64,000 bases of DNA from Octopus vulgaris (taxonomy: Eukaryota): NCBI GenBank assembly GCA_951406725.2, contig OX597833.1, forward strand, positions 22,010,001 through 22,074,000, given 5' to 3'. Positions 11,125-24,150 of this stretch are shown piece by piece (the first letter of the stretch is position 1; every line of letters starts with the position of its first letter). Below the pieces are notes generated by a model. That model was given only the letters and a program-made list of their open reading frames with translations, did not search any database and was not told the origin of the DNA. A program made the translations under genes and the position numbers.

Positions 11125-11568
11125 TTTGGCAGATTTGAACATAAATATCCAATTGTTGTTGTTTTTCATGATCAAATAACATTTCCTCATTTTAAACACT
11201 GTGCATTCATAATACGGATGTAAAGGGGGACTTTGAGATCCTGTAATGTTTTGACCTTATTGTATGTCTCCTCAGTCAAAGCTACCTCGTCAGGCTCTTG
11301 TTTATAGAAATCAACAAACAAATTATTTGTTGATGAGTGCTGATGTCTGCCAAACAATAATTAAGGAAATGCATACAGAACTGTGGGAATCCAAACAATA
11401 ATGTATCTATTCATTCTCAATATGTTCTGGCAGATTTGAAAGTTAATATCTGATTGTTCTCTTTAGAGGATACATGTACATAACACACATGGATCACAGG
11501 TAGAAGAGGACTTTGTGACACTGCAGTATTTCAACCTTATTTTGTGTCTCCTCTGAAAGCTATTCCTC
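11125..11568 (-). repeat. Degenerate ~280-300-bp tandem repeat (about 1.5 units), each unit with a decayed HHR
   Basis: ggcagatttgaa recurs at ~11128 and ~11429; ggactttg...ccttatt...gtctcctc...aaagcta recurs at ~11228 and ~11508. Confidence 0.6.
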
Positions 11569-12468
11569 TAAACCAGTGGTTTATCAACTGCGGTACATAA
11601 ATTTTGTTGTTAAAATTTATCTCCAATAAAGTGGTTATACTTCAACAATACACAAGATATTTTAACATCTTTTTTATACAATTCTCTCATTCTACTTGAT
11701 TTTGATAATTTTTAAAAATTGATATAACTCTTCATGAAGGTAAATGGACAATAAGAAGAGTGCAATGCAATTTATAATAGAGATTGTCTATTTGACAGTT
11801 TACTTGCTTTTACTTTTTTCAATCATTTGACTGAGGCCATGCTGGAGCACCACCTTTTAGTCAAGCAAATCGACCCCCAGGACTTATTCTTTGTAAGCCT
11901 AGTACTTATTCTATCAGTCTTTTTTGCCGAACCACTAAGTTACAGGACATAAACACACAGGTGATGTCGGTTTTGGCATGGTTTTTACATCTGGGTGCCC
12001 TTCCAAATGCCAACCACTTCACAGTGTAGATTGGATGCTTTTTACATGGTACCTACACTGGCAGGGTCACCAAGTAACTTGCAAGATAAAGATCCTTTGA
12101 GAGGAAAGGGGACATGGGAGGAGGTGATCTTGTGTCAGATGATGAAAGGTTAGAGTGTGACAGAGAGACAAATTCTCCCCATTTCATATGATGTATTACA
12201 CATATTTTTACTGGCGAGTAGAAAGAGATCTCAAGAACTGATTTGCATATGATTAGCATGCTACATCACCACATTAATACACAAAACTTTTAATCGGTGC
12301 AGAGAGGATTAATACAGTTCTTAACAGGAATCAACATGACACATTGTAACAGAGCAGATTTTAACTCTTCAGCATTTAAACTGACAGATCTGGTCCAAAG
12401 ATACTACTTATTTTATGCTCAAACTGACTAGATACAGCCTCTGTCACCTACCCTGCAATTTTATTTTA

Positions 12469-13961
12469 TTGGGTTGTCCGGAAAGTTCATGCTGATTTTT
12501 AAGGGAAATTAAAAGAGAAAACAAAATTATGTCATTAAATATTTATTCGACTAAATATGAACCACTTCATTACACAACCTTTCTCTGTCTTTCCTTCAGC
12601 TTAAAGATTCTGTCTTCCCAGAATTTCAGTGGTTTCTTGGCAAAGAACTCATTAAGGTGGGTTATTTTTACCATTGAGACTATTTTGCAAGGACCTGAAT
12701 AAATGAAAATTCAAAGGAACAATGTCTGGTGAATATGGCAGGTGGGATAACACATCCCAGCTTAGCTGCAACAATTTTTGATGGGTCGCCAAAACGTGAG
12801 GTCTGGCATTATCCTGATGGAAAACAATACCTTCCTGTTTGCCAATTCTGGGGTTTTTCTTGAATTGTTGCCTTTAAATCATCCAGTTGTGAGCAGTAAT
12901 TATCAGAATTAATTGACTGGTTATTTGGCAGAAACTCATAGTACAGGATTCCTTTCCAATCCCACAAGATGCAGAGCATGACTTTCTTAGGCTGAAGACC
13001 AGCTTTTGGGGTGGCTAAAGGTGGCTCATGTCGCTTACCCCAGGATCTTTTTCACTGAACATTGCTGTAAACAATCCATTTCTTATCACCCATCACAACT
13101 TGCTTCAAAAAGGGTGCGTTTCCATTGCATTTATACAGCAAATCAAAGATAGAAATGTGATCCAAAATATTTTTTTCGCTCAGATCATGTGGTACCCAAA
13201 CACTGTGGCAGTTTGAGTACCCAAGCTTCACTAAGTGCTCATGAATGGTGGATTTCAATAAATTTAGTGTTTCTGCCAATTCCCACATTGTGTAATGTGG
13301 GTTATTCTATTTCTTTACTACCCACAAGGGGCTAAACACTGAGGGGACAAACAAGGACAGATAACCGGATTAAGTCGATTACATCAGCCTCAGTGAGTAA
13401 CTGGTACTTAATTTATCGACCCTGAAAGGATGAAAGGCAAAGTCGACCTCGGCAGAATTTGAACTCAGAGCGTAACGGCAGATGAAATACTGCTACACAT
13501 TTCGCCCAGCATGCTAATGTTTCTGCCAGCTCGCCGTCTTAATGTGGGTTATTCTCAATCAATGTCTTGAAGCAGTGGTGGTGGTGGTGGTGGGGTTTTG
13601 CCTGAGTGTTCTTCATCAATAAGGCTGCAATCACCAATTCTAAACTTAGTGAACCACTTCTGTACAGTTCTGTCAGCTAAAGCACCTTAACTATACACAG
13701 CTGGTTGCTTGCATGGCATTTTTGCCTTTAGGGTAATAAAAAAGGCATCAAGTGTCTAAAACGTACCTTATAATCTTCCATTTCCTTAGGGATGCAAAAT
13801 TGACTCAAATTAAGTAATTTTAAACTTTCTTTCTCAAGAGATAGCTTGAAGTGTGCAATAACTAGAAATGTAAGTATATTATGTGTTGATAAATTTGACA
13901 TGTTCTAACGTGTTGGAACATGAACAACTAAAAATCAGCATGAACATTCCGGACAATCCAA
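12469..13961 (-). mobile_element. Full-length decayed mariner transposon
   Basis: TA|TTGGGTTGTCCGGAAAGTTCATGCTGATTTTT ... AAAAATCAGCATGAACATTCCGGACAATCCAA|TA; ORF 13052-13288 contains WVPHDL and LKQVVMGDKKWIVY (mariner WVPHEL and TGDEKW motifs). Confidence 0.92.
13309..13539 (-). mobile_element. SINE family B inserted into the mariner, 16-bp TSD
   Basis: TAATGTGGGTTATTCT at 13293-13308 and 13540-13555. Confidence 0.92.
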
Positions 13962-13979
13962 TAAAAATAAACAATCATG

Positions 13980-14430
13980 TAGGTGCAGGTTGTGTAGTAA
14001 GAAGCTTGCTTCCCAACCACGTGGTTCTGGGTTCAGTCCCACTGAATAGCACCTTGGGAAAATGTCTTCTACTATAGCCTAAGGCTGAGCAAAGCCTTGT
14101 GAGTGGATTTGGTAGATGGAAACTGAAAGAAACTGAAAGAAGCCTGTCGTATATTCACATGTATACATACATATATGTGTATGTGTGTGTATCTGTATGC
14201 GTGTGTGTCTTTGAGTCTATGTTTGTCCTGCCTACCATTTCTTGACACCTGATGTTGGTATGTTTACATCCCTGTAACTTAGCAGTTCGGCAAAAGAGAC
14301 CAGTAGAATAAGTACTAGGCCTATAACGAATAAGTCCTGGGGTTGATTTCTTCGACAAAAAAATAAAACCCATTAAGATGGTGCTCCAGTATGGCCACAG
14401 TCAAATGACTGAAACAAGGTAAAAGAATAA
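13980..14430 (+). mobile_element. SINE family A copy
   Basis: Head, internal microsatellite and tail are all present. Confidence 0.85.
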
Positions 14431-15706
14431 ACATTGCCTTTGACAGAGAAATCTGAATGTTAAAGAGTTAAATTACATGCAAAATCCATCCGAGAAACTT
14501 TTATGTAGCTTCTGTCCACCTGATTTCACTGGAAAGGGTTTGGGTTGATCCAAGGCTGTGGTAAAGGCACTAATCTGAATTAAATATGTGTTATGAGGAC
14601 GCAGGTTCAATCTCACAGCATGGCATCAAACCAGGATCTGGAACTAAAGCCATTAAAATAACCTTTGTTTGTTTCAGTCATTGGACTGCAGCCCTGTTGG
14701 GGCACCATTTTCAAGTGTTTTGTCAACCAAATCAACTCCAGTACTAATTTTTTTCCTAAAGTTTGTTACTTATTGTTTTATTGGTCTCTTTTGCTGAACT
14801 GTTAGGTTATTGAGACATAAGCAAATCAACGTTAGTTGTCAAAGGATGGCAGGAGACAAGCACAAAGACATACACAAACACACTCACACACATATATACA
14901 CAAACACACGCATACATACAAACACACATGCATATAAACATATCTATGTATACTTACATACATATACATGATGGGCTTCCATACAGTTTCTGTCTGCCAA
15001 AATTACTCACAAGGTACCGGTTGACCCAGGGCTGTTGTAGAAGACACTTACCCAAAATGCTGCACAGTGGGATTGAACCTGAAACCTCGTGGTTGCAAAG
15101 CAAGCTAATTACATTTTACCACTTTTGATAAACCATTATAGACAAGATCAAACCCTCATTAGCCTTAATTATTGTATTGGGTGAATAGTTACTAGGATTG
15201 TGCAGAAAAACATCCTCAACATTCTGACCAATGTTACCCCTATGTCCTTCCATAGAATAGCAAGTAGAGAAAGATGGATGGGTGGTTGGATGGTGCAGAC
15301 ATGGTTGTATGGCTAAGAAGCTTGCTTTGCAAACGTGTAGTTTCAGGTTCAGTCTCACTGCTATACACTTTGGAAAAGTGTCTTTTACTGTAGCACTGGT
15401 CCAACCAATGCCTTGTGAGTCAATTAGATAGATGAAAACTGTGTCGAAGCCCATCATATATATATACATTTTCTAAAAAATTAAAATTGTTATACCCAAG
15501 TACAATTCAGTTCAAATATATACGTTTATATTTGGGCATTTAATATAAAAATTCTAATTTTCAGACCTATGTTCCAAACTTTTGGCTACAACAGTGTGTG
15601 TGTCTTTCTCTCTCTCTCTCCCTCTCTCTCTCCCTCTCTCCCTCTGTGGATCATTGGCGATTTTTTCCTCAGTCTTCCTTTTCTCTTAGACTTTCCTCTG
15701 TCTCCT

Positions 15707-15741
15707 GTTTTTGATGAAGAGCTTTGCTTGAAACATCAAAC
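15707..15741 (+). ncRNA. Decayed minimal type I hammerhead motif
   Basis: gttt-TTGATGA-a-gagc-ttt-gctt-GAAA-ca-TC-aaac; deviations are C>T and CpG-type changes from gttt-CTGATGA-agagc..gctc-GAAACGTC-aaac. Confidence 0.55.
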
Positions 15742-16116
15742 TACTTTTCTTTCCTTCCCTGAGCATCTACTAATACTTTGCATGCGCCATGTCCTTGCAT
15801 TGTTGCTTTTTCTTGTGTTTGTTCATATTTTTTTTTTGATTAATTATATATATGTGGAGGCACATGGCTTAGTGGTCTAGGGTGTCAGCATCATGATTGT
15901 AAGATTGTGGTTTCGATTCCTGGACAGGGCGATGCATTGTGTTCTTGAGCAAAACACTTCATTTTCACATTGCTCCAGTCCACTCACCTGGCTAACAAAA
16001 ATGAGTAACAATGCAATGGACTGGTGTCCTGTCCAGCTGGGGAACACATACGCCATAGAAACCGGGAAACCGGGTCCATGAGCCTGGCTAGGCTTTAAAA
16101 GAGCACAAAAAAAAAT

Positions 16117-16147
<31 letters not shown>

Positions 16148-16691
16148 CTTTGTACCTTTCCTCTCTTACTACATGACAACAAGTGCCAGTTTGTTTACAT
16201 CTTCATAACATAACAGCTTGAGAAAAGAGGCTGACGGAATAAGAACCAGACTTACAAAAAACAGACAAAAAACAAACAAAACATAGGTACTGAGGCCAAT
16301 TTGTTCAACTAAACTCTTCAAGGTGGTTCCAAAGCACGGCTGCCATCCAATGACTGAAACAAGTAAAAGATTAAAAAAAAAAACTACTCATGAAGACATA
16401 CAAACACTAAAACAAGAACATATTTTCCATCCCCAGTCCTTCTTCGAAAGCAGCTGTATTAAGCTGTTTAAGTCTGGTGCAAAGTGTGTATATATGTAGA
16501 TTAAAGCCTAGAGCATTTTTGTATCTAATACTCTCAGGTGTTAGAGAGACAAGGGGTGGGAGCTTTAAGATACAGAACTGACTAATGATACTCAGTTAAG
16601 TGTAACAGAAGTCAATTACAAAGTCAGATATCACCTCGTTTTTCTTGCTTTCCATCTCTTCTGTGTATTTTACGCAAACACACATGTGAGT

Positions 16692-16733
<42 letters not shown>

Positions 16734-17260
16734 ACATGTATAGATGTATGTATTTATACACACAAACACACTCTACATAGCTGATAAATATATTCTAATA
16801 CTTACCACTTTGTACACTTCCTTGCTAATGTAATATAATATTATATACACACAAACATACATACACACACACATGTACACACACACACATGTACGCACAC
16901 ACACACACACACACACATGCAGACACATACACACAACACACACACTCATTCTAATTGCAGTCTGCAACTTTCTCATATATTTTACAAATGGTAATGCCAT
17001 TGAAAACCATATATCATCATCACCACCACCATCATCATATCATCATTATTACCACCACCACCACCACTACCAATATTGTCATCATCATCATCATATCATC
17101 ATTACCACCACCGCCACCACAACCACCACCACAATCATCATTATTGTCATCATTACTTAACATCTGTTTTCTAAGCTGGCATGCGTTGGACAGTTCAGTG
17201 GAAGTCGGCAACCCAGGGGATTGCATCAAGTTCTAATGTCTGTTTTGGCATGTGACCATA

Positions 17261-17636
17261 GCTGTGGGGATAAGAGGCTCTCTTTGTAACAATGTGGTTT
17301 CAGGTTCAGTTCCAGAGTGCAGCAGCTTGTGCAAATGTCTTCTACTATGGCCCTGGGCAGACCAGTGTCTAGTGAGTGAATCTAGTAGACAGAAACATGA
17401 TTTTTATGGGCAGATACCCGTCTTAATGCCACCCACATATGTTACAGTGGCCATCCCCACTCCCCGGACTACTAAATTATCTCTCTCTGTGCATTACATC
17501 TGTTTCTGTCTACTAGATTCATTCACAAGGCATTGGTCTGCCCAGGGCCATAATAGAAGACACTTGAGCAAGGTGCTGCACTGTGGGACTGAACCTGAAG
17601 CCACATTGTTCAAAGAGAGCTTCTTATCTCCACAGC
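17261..17636. repeat. Inverted pair of SINE-A head fragments (17261-17397 and 17501-17636)
   Basis: Both copies share non-consensus changes (gataag, ctctctttg, atggccctgggcagacc, aatctagtagacagaaac). Confidence 0.85.
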
Positions 17637-17689
17637 CATGCTCACGTAGGTTGAACAGGTCCTTTCCAACACATTGTTTTGCCATTTGT

Positions 17690-17792
17690 TGTATTCTTTC
17701 CTATCTTCTTTGTGAGGGTTGAATGTTCTGATATCAGCTTTCACTGCATTTGTCCATGTCTTCCTTGATCTTCCTCTGCTACAAATTCCTTT
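17690..17792 (-). mobile_element. RTE-type LINE 3' fragment
   Basis: Translation GICSRGRSRKTWTNAVKADI resembles the RTE ORF2 C-terminal GRPRKTW..V..D motif. Confidence 0.6.
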
Positions 17793-19091
17793 GGCACATA
17801 CATACATGTGTGTGCATGTGTGAGTGCATATGCTTGTATGTGTGCACATGCACATGATTCTTTTATTGTTCAGCATGCACATTCTTTGAAGGAATTTAAT
17901 CTCACTGATTTCGTTGAAAAAATAGGAATGCAAAAATCCTTTATTTCTTTCTCAACATTTTGGGCCTGTCTCCTTTTCAAATTTAACAAGCTTCATGTGC
18001 AGCAATACTGCAGTATGCACATATAGTGATCTATTGAGAATGTGTTGCAACAGTGCAATATATGCAGGACATGACATGTTGAGACATTGGTGCAGTTCTG
18101 CAGAATGTGCAGCCCATAACATGTTGAGAAAGTGGTGCAATAATGAAAATGTGCAGCTGATAACATGTTGCAAGAGTGTGGTGCAGTCCTACAGAATATG
18201 CAGTTTGGCATATGTTAGCAGTGTGATATGCACTCACTGCCATTCTGTATTAAGTCTTCGGTCAAGGACCAATTGAGTGAGAGGCAAGGACTACTGCAGT
18301 AATACCAGACAAACTGCACATTATACTATGCAGCTGATGCACAACTGGTGTAATATAATAAAACACAGATGCAAGAGTGAGAGAAAAAGAAGCAGAGCAC
18401 AGCATGCATGCAGCATGCTGCACAGTACAAGATAAGCACTACATCACCCTCTGTCAAATAACACAGTGTAATTCTATACAGAAGGCAGATAGTAGCACAG
18501 TAATAATCAACAAGGGAGCTTCTGTATGGTTACTCAAATGCTAGAAATAACAGTCAAACATTCTACCATTATCAAAACAGAAGAAAATACACATTGAATA
18601 TGAATATGGTCTCTTCTGTGTAAAAACAGTGGATGGTCATGACAGGATTGTTATTGACCCCAAGCCTGCTGAATCAGGGCAGATAGGGGTTAAATAATAC
18701 TGCTTAGCTCCAAACATTTTGTAGATTGCATGATTAAGAGCTATATCTTTTATTTTTGATTAATATCACCTGTTCTTGTACATGTGTAAGCATGTAAACA
18801 TGTATGCACACATGTGTGTGTATATGTATGCATACATGTATTTATATATATGTACATATAATATTTGCTCATTCAGTTATGACTAAATGACTGAGGAGGT
18901 CATTATGTAATATGCATTATATAGTGGACATAATGATATCATTATTCTCATCCATGTCTTCATGCATGATATTAGATTTATCACCTATACGTTGCTGAAA
19001 TGATTGTAGATGTAATACCAGCAATTCTATTCTTTACTTATATATTATATACTAGTGACAGAGGAAGTGTTAATACTGAAAGATAATATTT

Positions 19092-19414
19092 ATTCCTACT
19101 TAAAGGTGGATGTTCCATTGGAACAAACCATACTGTGGTAGATACCATGAGAGAAACTATCATATAGGCTTTTGGTGCTAAATGCATGCTTGTTTATATC
19201 ACTAGCAGTTAAGCTTCAATCACTGATGAGAACAAAGAAGGTTGAAACCATGTGATCTGGTGGTCTCAGTGCTGGATTTGGAGGAGATTTATCTCCCCAC
19301 TAGCAATATAAACAAGCATGCATTTTGTACCAAAAGTTTATATGTGAGTTTTCTCTCATGGTATCTACCACAGTGATATTTGTTCTAACAAAACATCCAC
19401 ATTTAAGTGGGAAT
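19092..19414. repeat. Old fold-back element (~115-bp imperfect arms) with central CTGATGA...GAAA remnant
   Basis: actgtggtagataccatgagagaaaact/agttttctctcatggtatctaccacagt and aaatgcatgcttgtttatat/atataaacaagcatgcattt are inverted matches. Confidence 0.85.
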
Positions 19415-19429
19415 GAATAATACCTATTC

Positions 19430-20075
19430 TTTTATTTTTACTCTTTTACTTGTTTCAGTCATTTTACTGCGGCCATGCTGGAATACTGCATTGAAAGATT
19501 TTCTTTTGTCGAAAAATTTGACCCCAGGACTTATTTTTTAGGCCTAGTATTTATTCTATTGGTCTCTTTGCTGAATAGTTAAGTTACAGGGATGTCAACA
19601 CACCAACACTTGTTGTCAAGTGATGATGGGGTGACAAACACAAAGGCACACACACACACACACACACACATATGGTGGGCTTCTTTCAGTTTCTTATTTT
19701 TTCATTGCCCACAAGGGGTTATACATAGAGGGGACAAACAAGGACAGGCAAAGAGATTAAGTCGATTACATCGACCCCAGTGTGTAACTGGTCCTTAATT
19801 TATCAACCCTGAAAGGATGAAAGGCAAAGTCGACCTCGGTGGAATTTGAACTCAGAATGCAGTGGCAGATGAAATACCACAAAGTATTTCGCCCGGTGTG
19901 CTAACGATTCTGCCAGCTCACCAGCTTCTTTCAGTTTCTGTCACCAAATCCATTCACAAGGGTTTGGTTGGCCTGAAGATAGTAGAAGACACTTGCCCAA
20001 AGTGCCATGCTGTGGGGCTGAACCCAGAACCATGTGGTTGAGAAGCAAGCTTCTTAACACCCAGTCACACCTGTG
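19430..20075 (-). mobile_element. SINE family A with nested SINE family B (~19695-19923)
   Basis: GCTTCTTTCAGTTTCT is duplicated on both sides of the B copy (TSD). Confidence 0.85.
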
Positions 20076-20632
20076 CAATTTTTCATTGTACACATCCTTT
20101 GATTGTTATTGTTTTGTTCCATATTTTCAAGTTTTCTACACCATGGGTTTTAAATGTTTACCTTCATATTCAGTGGAACTGCAGTTTATGAACACCTCTC
20201 ATCGTGAATAACTTGGTTTATGGACAATTTTTCCAACATAAAATGTATTGGGTGATAAACTGTGTCTCCAGTGATGAACAGGCAACAAGGCAACAACAGT
20301 TGGCAACAAACTTGGAGAATAAGCAGAAGATGATGAGTTGCTGTTTAGCTTTCACTAAGTGCACATCCCTGCTCAAATTTGCCAAGCCTTTTCTTGAATT
20401 TCTCATGGGGAAAATAGCTTTGGTTTATGAACGCTTTGGGTGACAAACAGCCTTCAGAAATGAATTATATTCATAAACCAAGATTCCACTGTATCAAATA
20501 TTTATTTGAATCTTTCTTAACTTATGATCTTTTTTCATTTTACTTAGGTGTTCTGTCCATCCATCTATCCATCTATCTATTGATCTATCTATCTATCTGT
20601 CTGTCTGTCTATCTGTCTGTCTGTCTGTTTAC

Positions 20633-20692
<60 letters not shown>

Positions 20693-20732
20693 TTATCTAT
20701 CAATCTAGCTATATATGTAAGGTGTGCGTGTG

Positions 20733-21709
20733 TGTGTGTATATATATCATCATCATCATTGCTCCAGTCCACTTAGCTAGCAAAATGAGTTGTACGTATT
20801 TCAAAGGGCCAGCCTTGTGACATTCTGTGTCAAGCAGAATCTCCCTGAGAACTACATTAAGGCTATGCATATTTATGGAGTGCTCAGCCACTTGCATGTT
20901 AATTTCATGAGCAGGCTGTTCCATTGATCAGACCAACTGGAACAGCTGTTGTTGTAACCAACAGAGTGCCTGTTTTATTCATATAATCATTCCTATGAAG
21001 GGGTGCTGAAAAGCTCCTAGCTTCGGGTGAAAGAAAATACAGGAGGATCAATTAATTATGATTTTATCCAACGTATTCCCTTCTCAGATTCACACACTTT
21101 TTGTAGCAGTCCTTCAGTTTTTTAAAGCCCTGTAAAAGAGCTCAGAAGGCTGGTCCTCCAACCAGGCCTTTTGCAATACCTCTAAAGCCAGGAATTTTTC
21201 AGCACCCCCTCATGTGTGTGTGTGTCTGTGTGTATATATATCATCATCATCATTGCTCCAGTCCACTTAGCTAGCAAAATGAGTTGTACGTATTTCAAAG
21301 GGCCAGCCTTGTGACATTCTGTGTCAAGCAGAATCTCCCTGAGAACTACATTAAGGCTATGCATATTTATGGAGTGCTCAGCCACTTGCATGTTAATTTC
21401 ATGAGCAGGCTGTTCCATTGATCAGACCAACTGGAACAGCTGTTGTTGTAACCAACAGAGTGCCTGTTTTATTCATATAATCATTCCTATGAAGGGGTGC
21501 TGAAAAGCTCCTAGCTTCGGGTGAAAGAAAATACAGGAGGATCAATTAATTATGATTTTATCCAACGTATTCCCTTCTCAGATTCACACACTTTTTGTAG
21601 CAGTCCTTCAGTTTTTTAAAGCCCTGTAAAAGAGCTCAGAAGGCTGGTCCTCCAACCAGGCCTTTTGCAATACCTCTAAAGCCAGGAATTTTTCAGCACC
21701 CCCTCATGT
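20733..21709. repeat. 494-bp essentially perfect tandem duplication
   Basis: gctccagtccacttagctagc at 20761 and 21255; identical 60+ aa ORF translations in both copies. Confidence 0.95.
20996..21212. mobile_element. Mariner-type MITE (duplicate at 21490-21706; diverged copy at ~55262-55448)
   Basis: TIRs TGAAGGGGTGCTGAAAAGCTCCTAGCTT / AAGCCAGGAATTTTTCAGCACCCCCTCA. Confidence 0.8.
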
Positions 21710-22621
21710 GTGTGTGTGTGTGTGTGTCTGTGTGTACACGTACAAACACACACATACAGACTCTCTTTCTCTCTCTTGCACACACACACAGACACACATA
21801 CATACAGACTCTCTCTTGCACACACACAGGCACACACACAAACACGCAAACACACACACACCTCAAGTAGTCACTCTGACCTCTTGAAATGTAAATGTGT
21901 TAGTAGTGGAAAGGATACATGACGCTCTAGAGAAGACGATGTCTTTGTAAAAAGAAAGTGAGATTTGTACAGTAGAAGCATGCAGGTTTTATATGACAAA
22001 ATAAAAATGATAAATAACAAATACATAAAACTGTCTTGCTAACAACAACAACAACAGCAATAACAACAACAACAACCACCCTATTTTGAAACTGTACAAG
22101 ACATTTTATGGTTAATGTCACCATCTATCCTCTCATATGTCTCGTTTGCATGGTGCTAGATTTTTATTCGATAAGAGCTATACAATACTTGGGAGGTGAA
22201 CACTGAAGCTGGGAAGGAACTGAAATCAGGTTCAAAACTGAATCACAGACAAGATCAGCTCAATTAGAAAAGGGACAGAAAATTCATTTGTATCTTCTTT
22301 TTATGTTTTGCTTGTTTCTGTCATTGGAGCAGTGCCTTGAAGGGTTTTAGTTGAATAAACGGCCCCAGTACTTATGTTTTCTTCTGGGTGTGTGTGTGTG
22401 TGTGTCTTTTTTTTTATTCCATTGGTCCCTTTTACTGAACTACTAAGTCACAAAGACATAAACAAACTGACACTGGTTGTCAAGTGGAGAGAGGAGAGGC
22501 AGATTACAAACACGGAGACACACACAGAGATACACAGATATATATGCATACGTAGATACATACATACATACATACATACATACATACATACATACATGCA
22601 TGCATATATATATATATACAT

Positions 22622-24150
22622 TAGAGTGGCCCTTAGCAATAGGTAATTTTCCGAAAGTTAAAATTTTGCTGCTCCCACCCCCTAATCCTGTTCCAATAAA
22701 CAAAACAGCAGGATGTGCAAGATTTCAGCTTAATCAGACAACTGCTAGGCAACCCTCAAACACCTTGAAGTTGGAACATAGTATATACAACGATTAATTC
22801 TGTTCAAAAGTGGTATACTGTTCCCTTTCTTGACCACTTTCTTTTTTTCTTCTTAGAGAAATTTATGTGGACACATCCAGGCAACCCTAACAGCTTAGAA
22901 AATTCCTATTTTTAAAATCTTACAATGTGAGATATTCATCAACAGTACTTTGGATGTTGAAAGGTCTTTGCTGAGAAAATTGGTGCCAACAGAAAATCTC
23001 GTGAAGAAAGTTTTTGTACCAGGAGTTACAAAAGACGAAAACTCAATGTTTGTAAAGGAAGAAAAGTCATTTTGGTGCAGAATGTACCTCTTCAGTTCAT
23101 CTTTCTTTTCTTTCTCTTCTTCACCTGTGTCTTCTTGAGCAATATTTACCTTCACCTGTGTTGGAACATTATCAAATATGGATAGAACCACAGTTTCGGG
23201 AGCTGAGTACCAGAGATGGTTGGAAAATTTCTTTGCAGCAGCCTTACTGATATCTGGATCAATATCCTGATAATTTATCAGTTGGCACATGAATAGGAAA
23301 TTATGATAAGGTGCTTTAATTACTTCTGATGACAGAAGTAATTACACTTGAGCAAGAAAAATACATATTCTTCTTAAAGAGTGCTTTTCCCTTGGAAATA
23401 ACTGAAATTGATCTTGAAACAGATATATCTTGAATGCACAAATTGCTTTTGACATCCACTTAGCATGACTTACAGCTCCTGGTGTACGAAACAATATCCT
23501 GTTCTTCAGAATGCTGCCAAGAAAGACCATCATTAACTCCAACAATTCTTGGTAATCATTTCGTTATTGTTTCTGCATAGAGAGGTGGTATTCAAGAAAT
23601 CCAAGAATGGTAAAATGGACATCATCAGACACTTCATTGCTACCAGTAATGTAAACCCTCTTGTTAAGATTTATCCAGAAATCTTTTGAAAAACGCTATG
23701 TCTGGACCAGAAGTTGCACCCATCAGTGAGTCAAAACAGCTCCTAAAAACCATCTCAAAAATACAATGACAGCAAGGGAAGTACAACAGGTCATGATTGA
23801 ACAATTTTTCTAGATTTGTACAAGCACCATTTACTCGACGTGTGCTGCTTGATGTCGTATCACAGCAAAGTGCCTGAATTTTGTTGGTTATACCCCTCTT
23901 CTCCACTGCTTGGTAAACACCCATAGCTTGCTGTTCTCCTGAAGATGTTGGAATTTCAGGGACTCCCAACAATTGCTCCTTGCCTTGAAAAGTTACTATT
24001 ATTGCCAGTCTATCAACCTTTTCAATGCCTGTGAGTGCTGGGAGCAGCTTTCCATCCCAGTGCAACACTAATTCTTGACAGCCGTTTAGGTTAAATTTGT
24101 GTTGTATTTCTTTGTGTCTCGCTTCTCTAAATATTGTTCTAAGGCATTGA
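22622..24150 (-). pseudogene. Decayed DNA transposase, hAT-related (hATm-like, HWDGK type), with one terminus at ~22622
   Basis: Collinear broken ORFs: LHWDGKLLPALTG..VDRLAIIV..EQLLGVP..CCDTTSS..GAC..LLYFPCCH; ELLEL..FLG..PGAVSHAKWMSK; NHLWY. Terminus TAGAGTGGCCC lies next to a TA tract. Subgroup assignment is from memory of the motifs. Confidence 0.8.

Noticed and set aside
18887-18951. atga-CTGAGGA followed by a 10-bp stem
   Set aside because: The GAAA box is entirely absent; too decayed to call.
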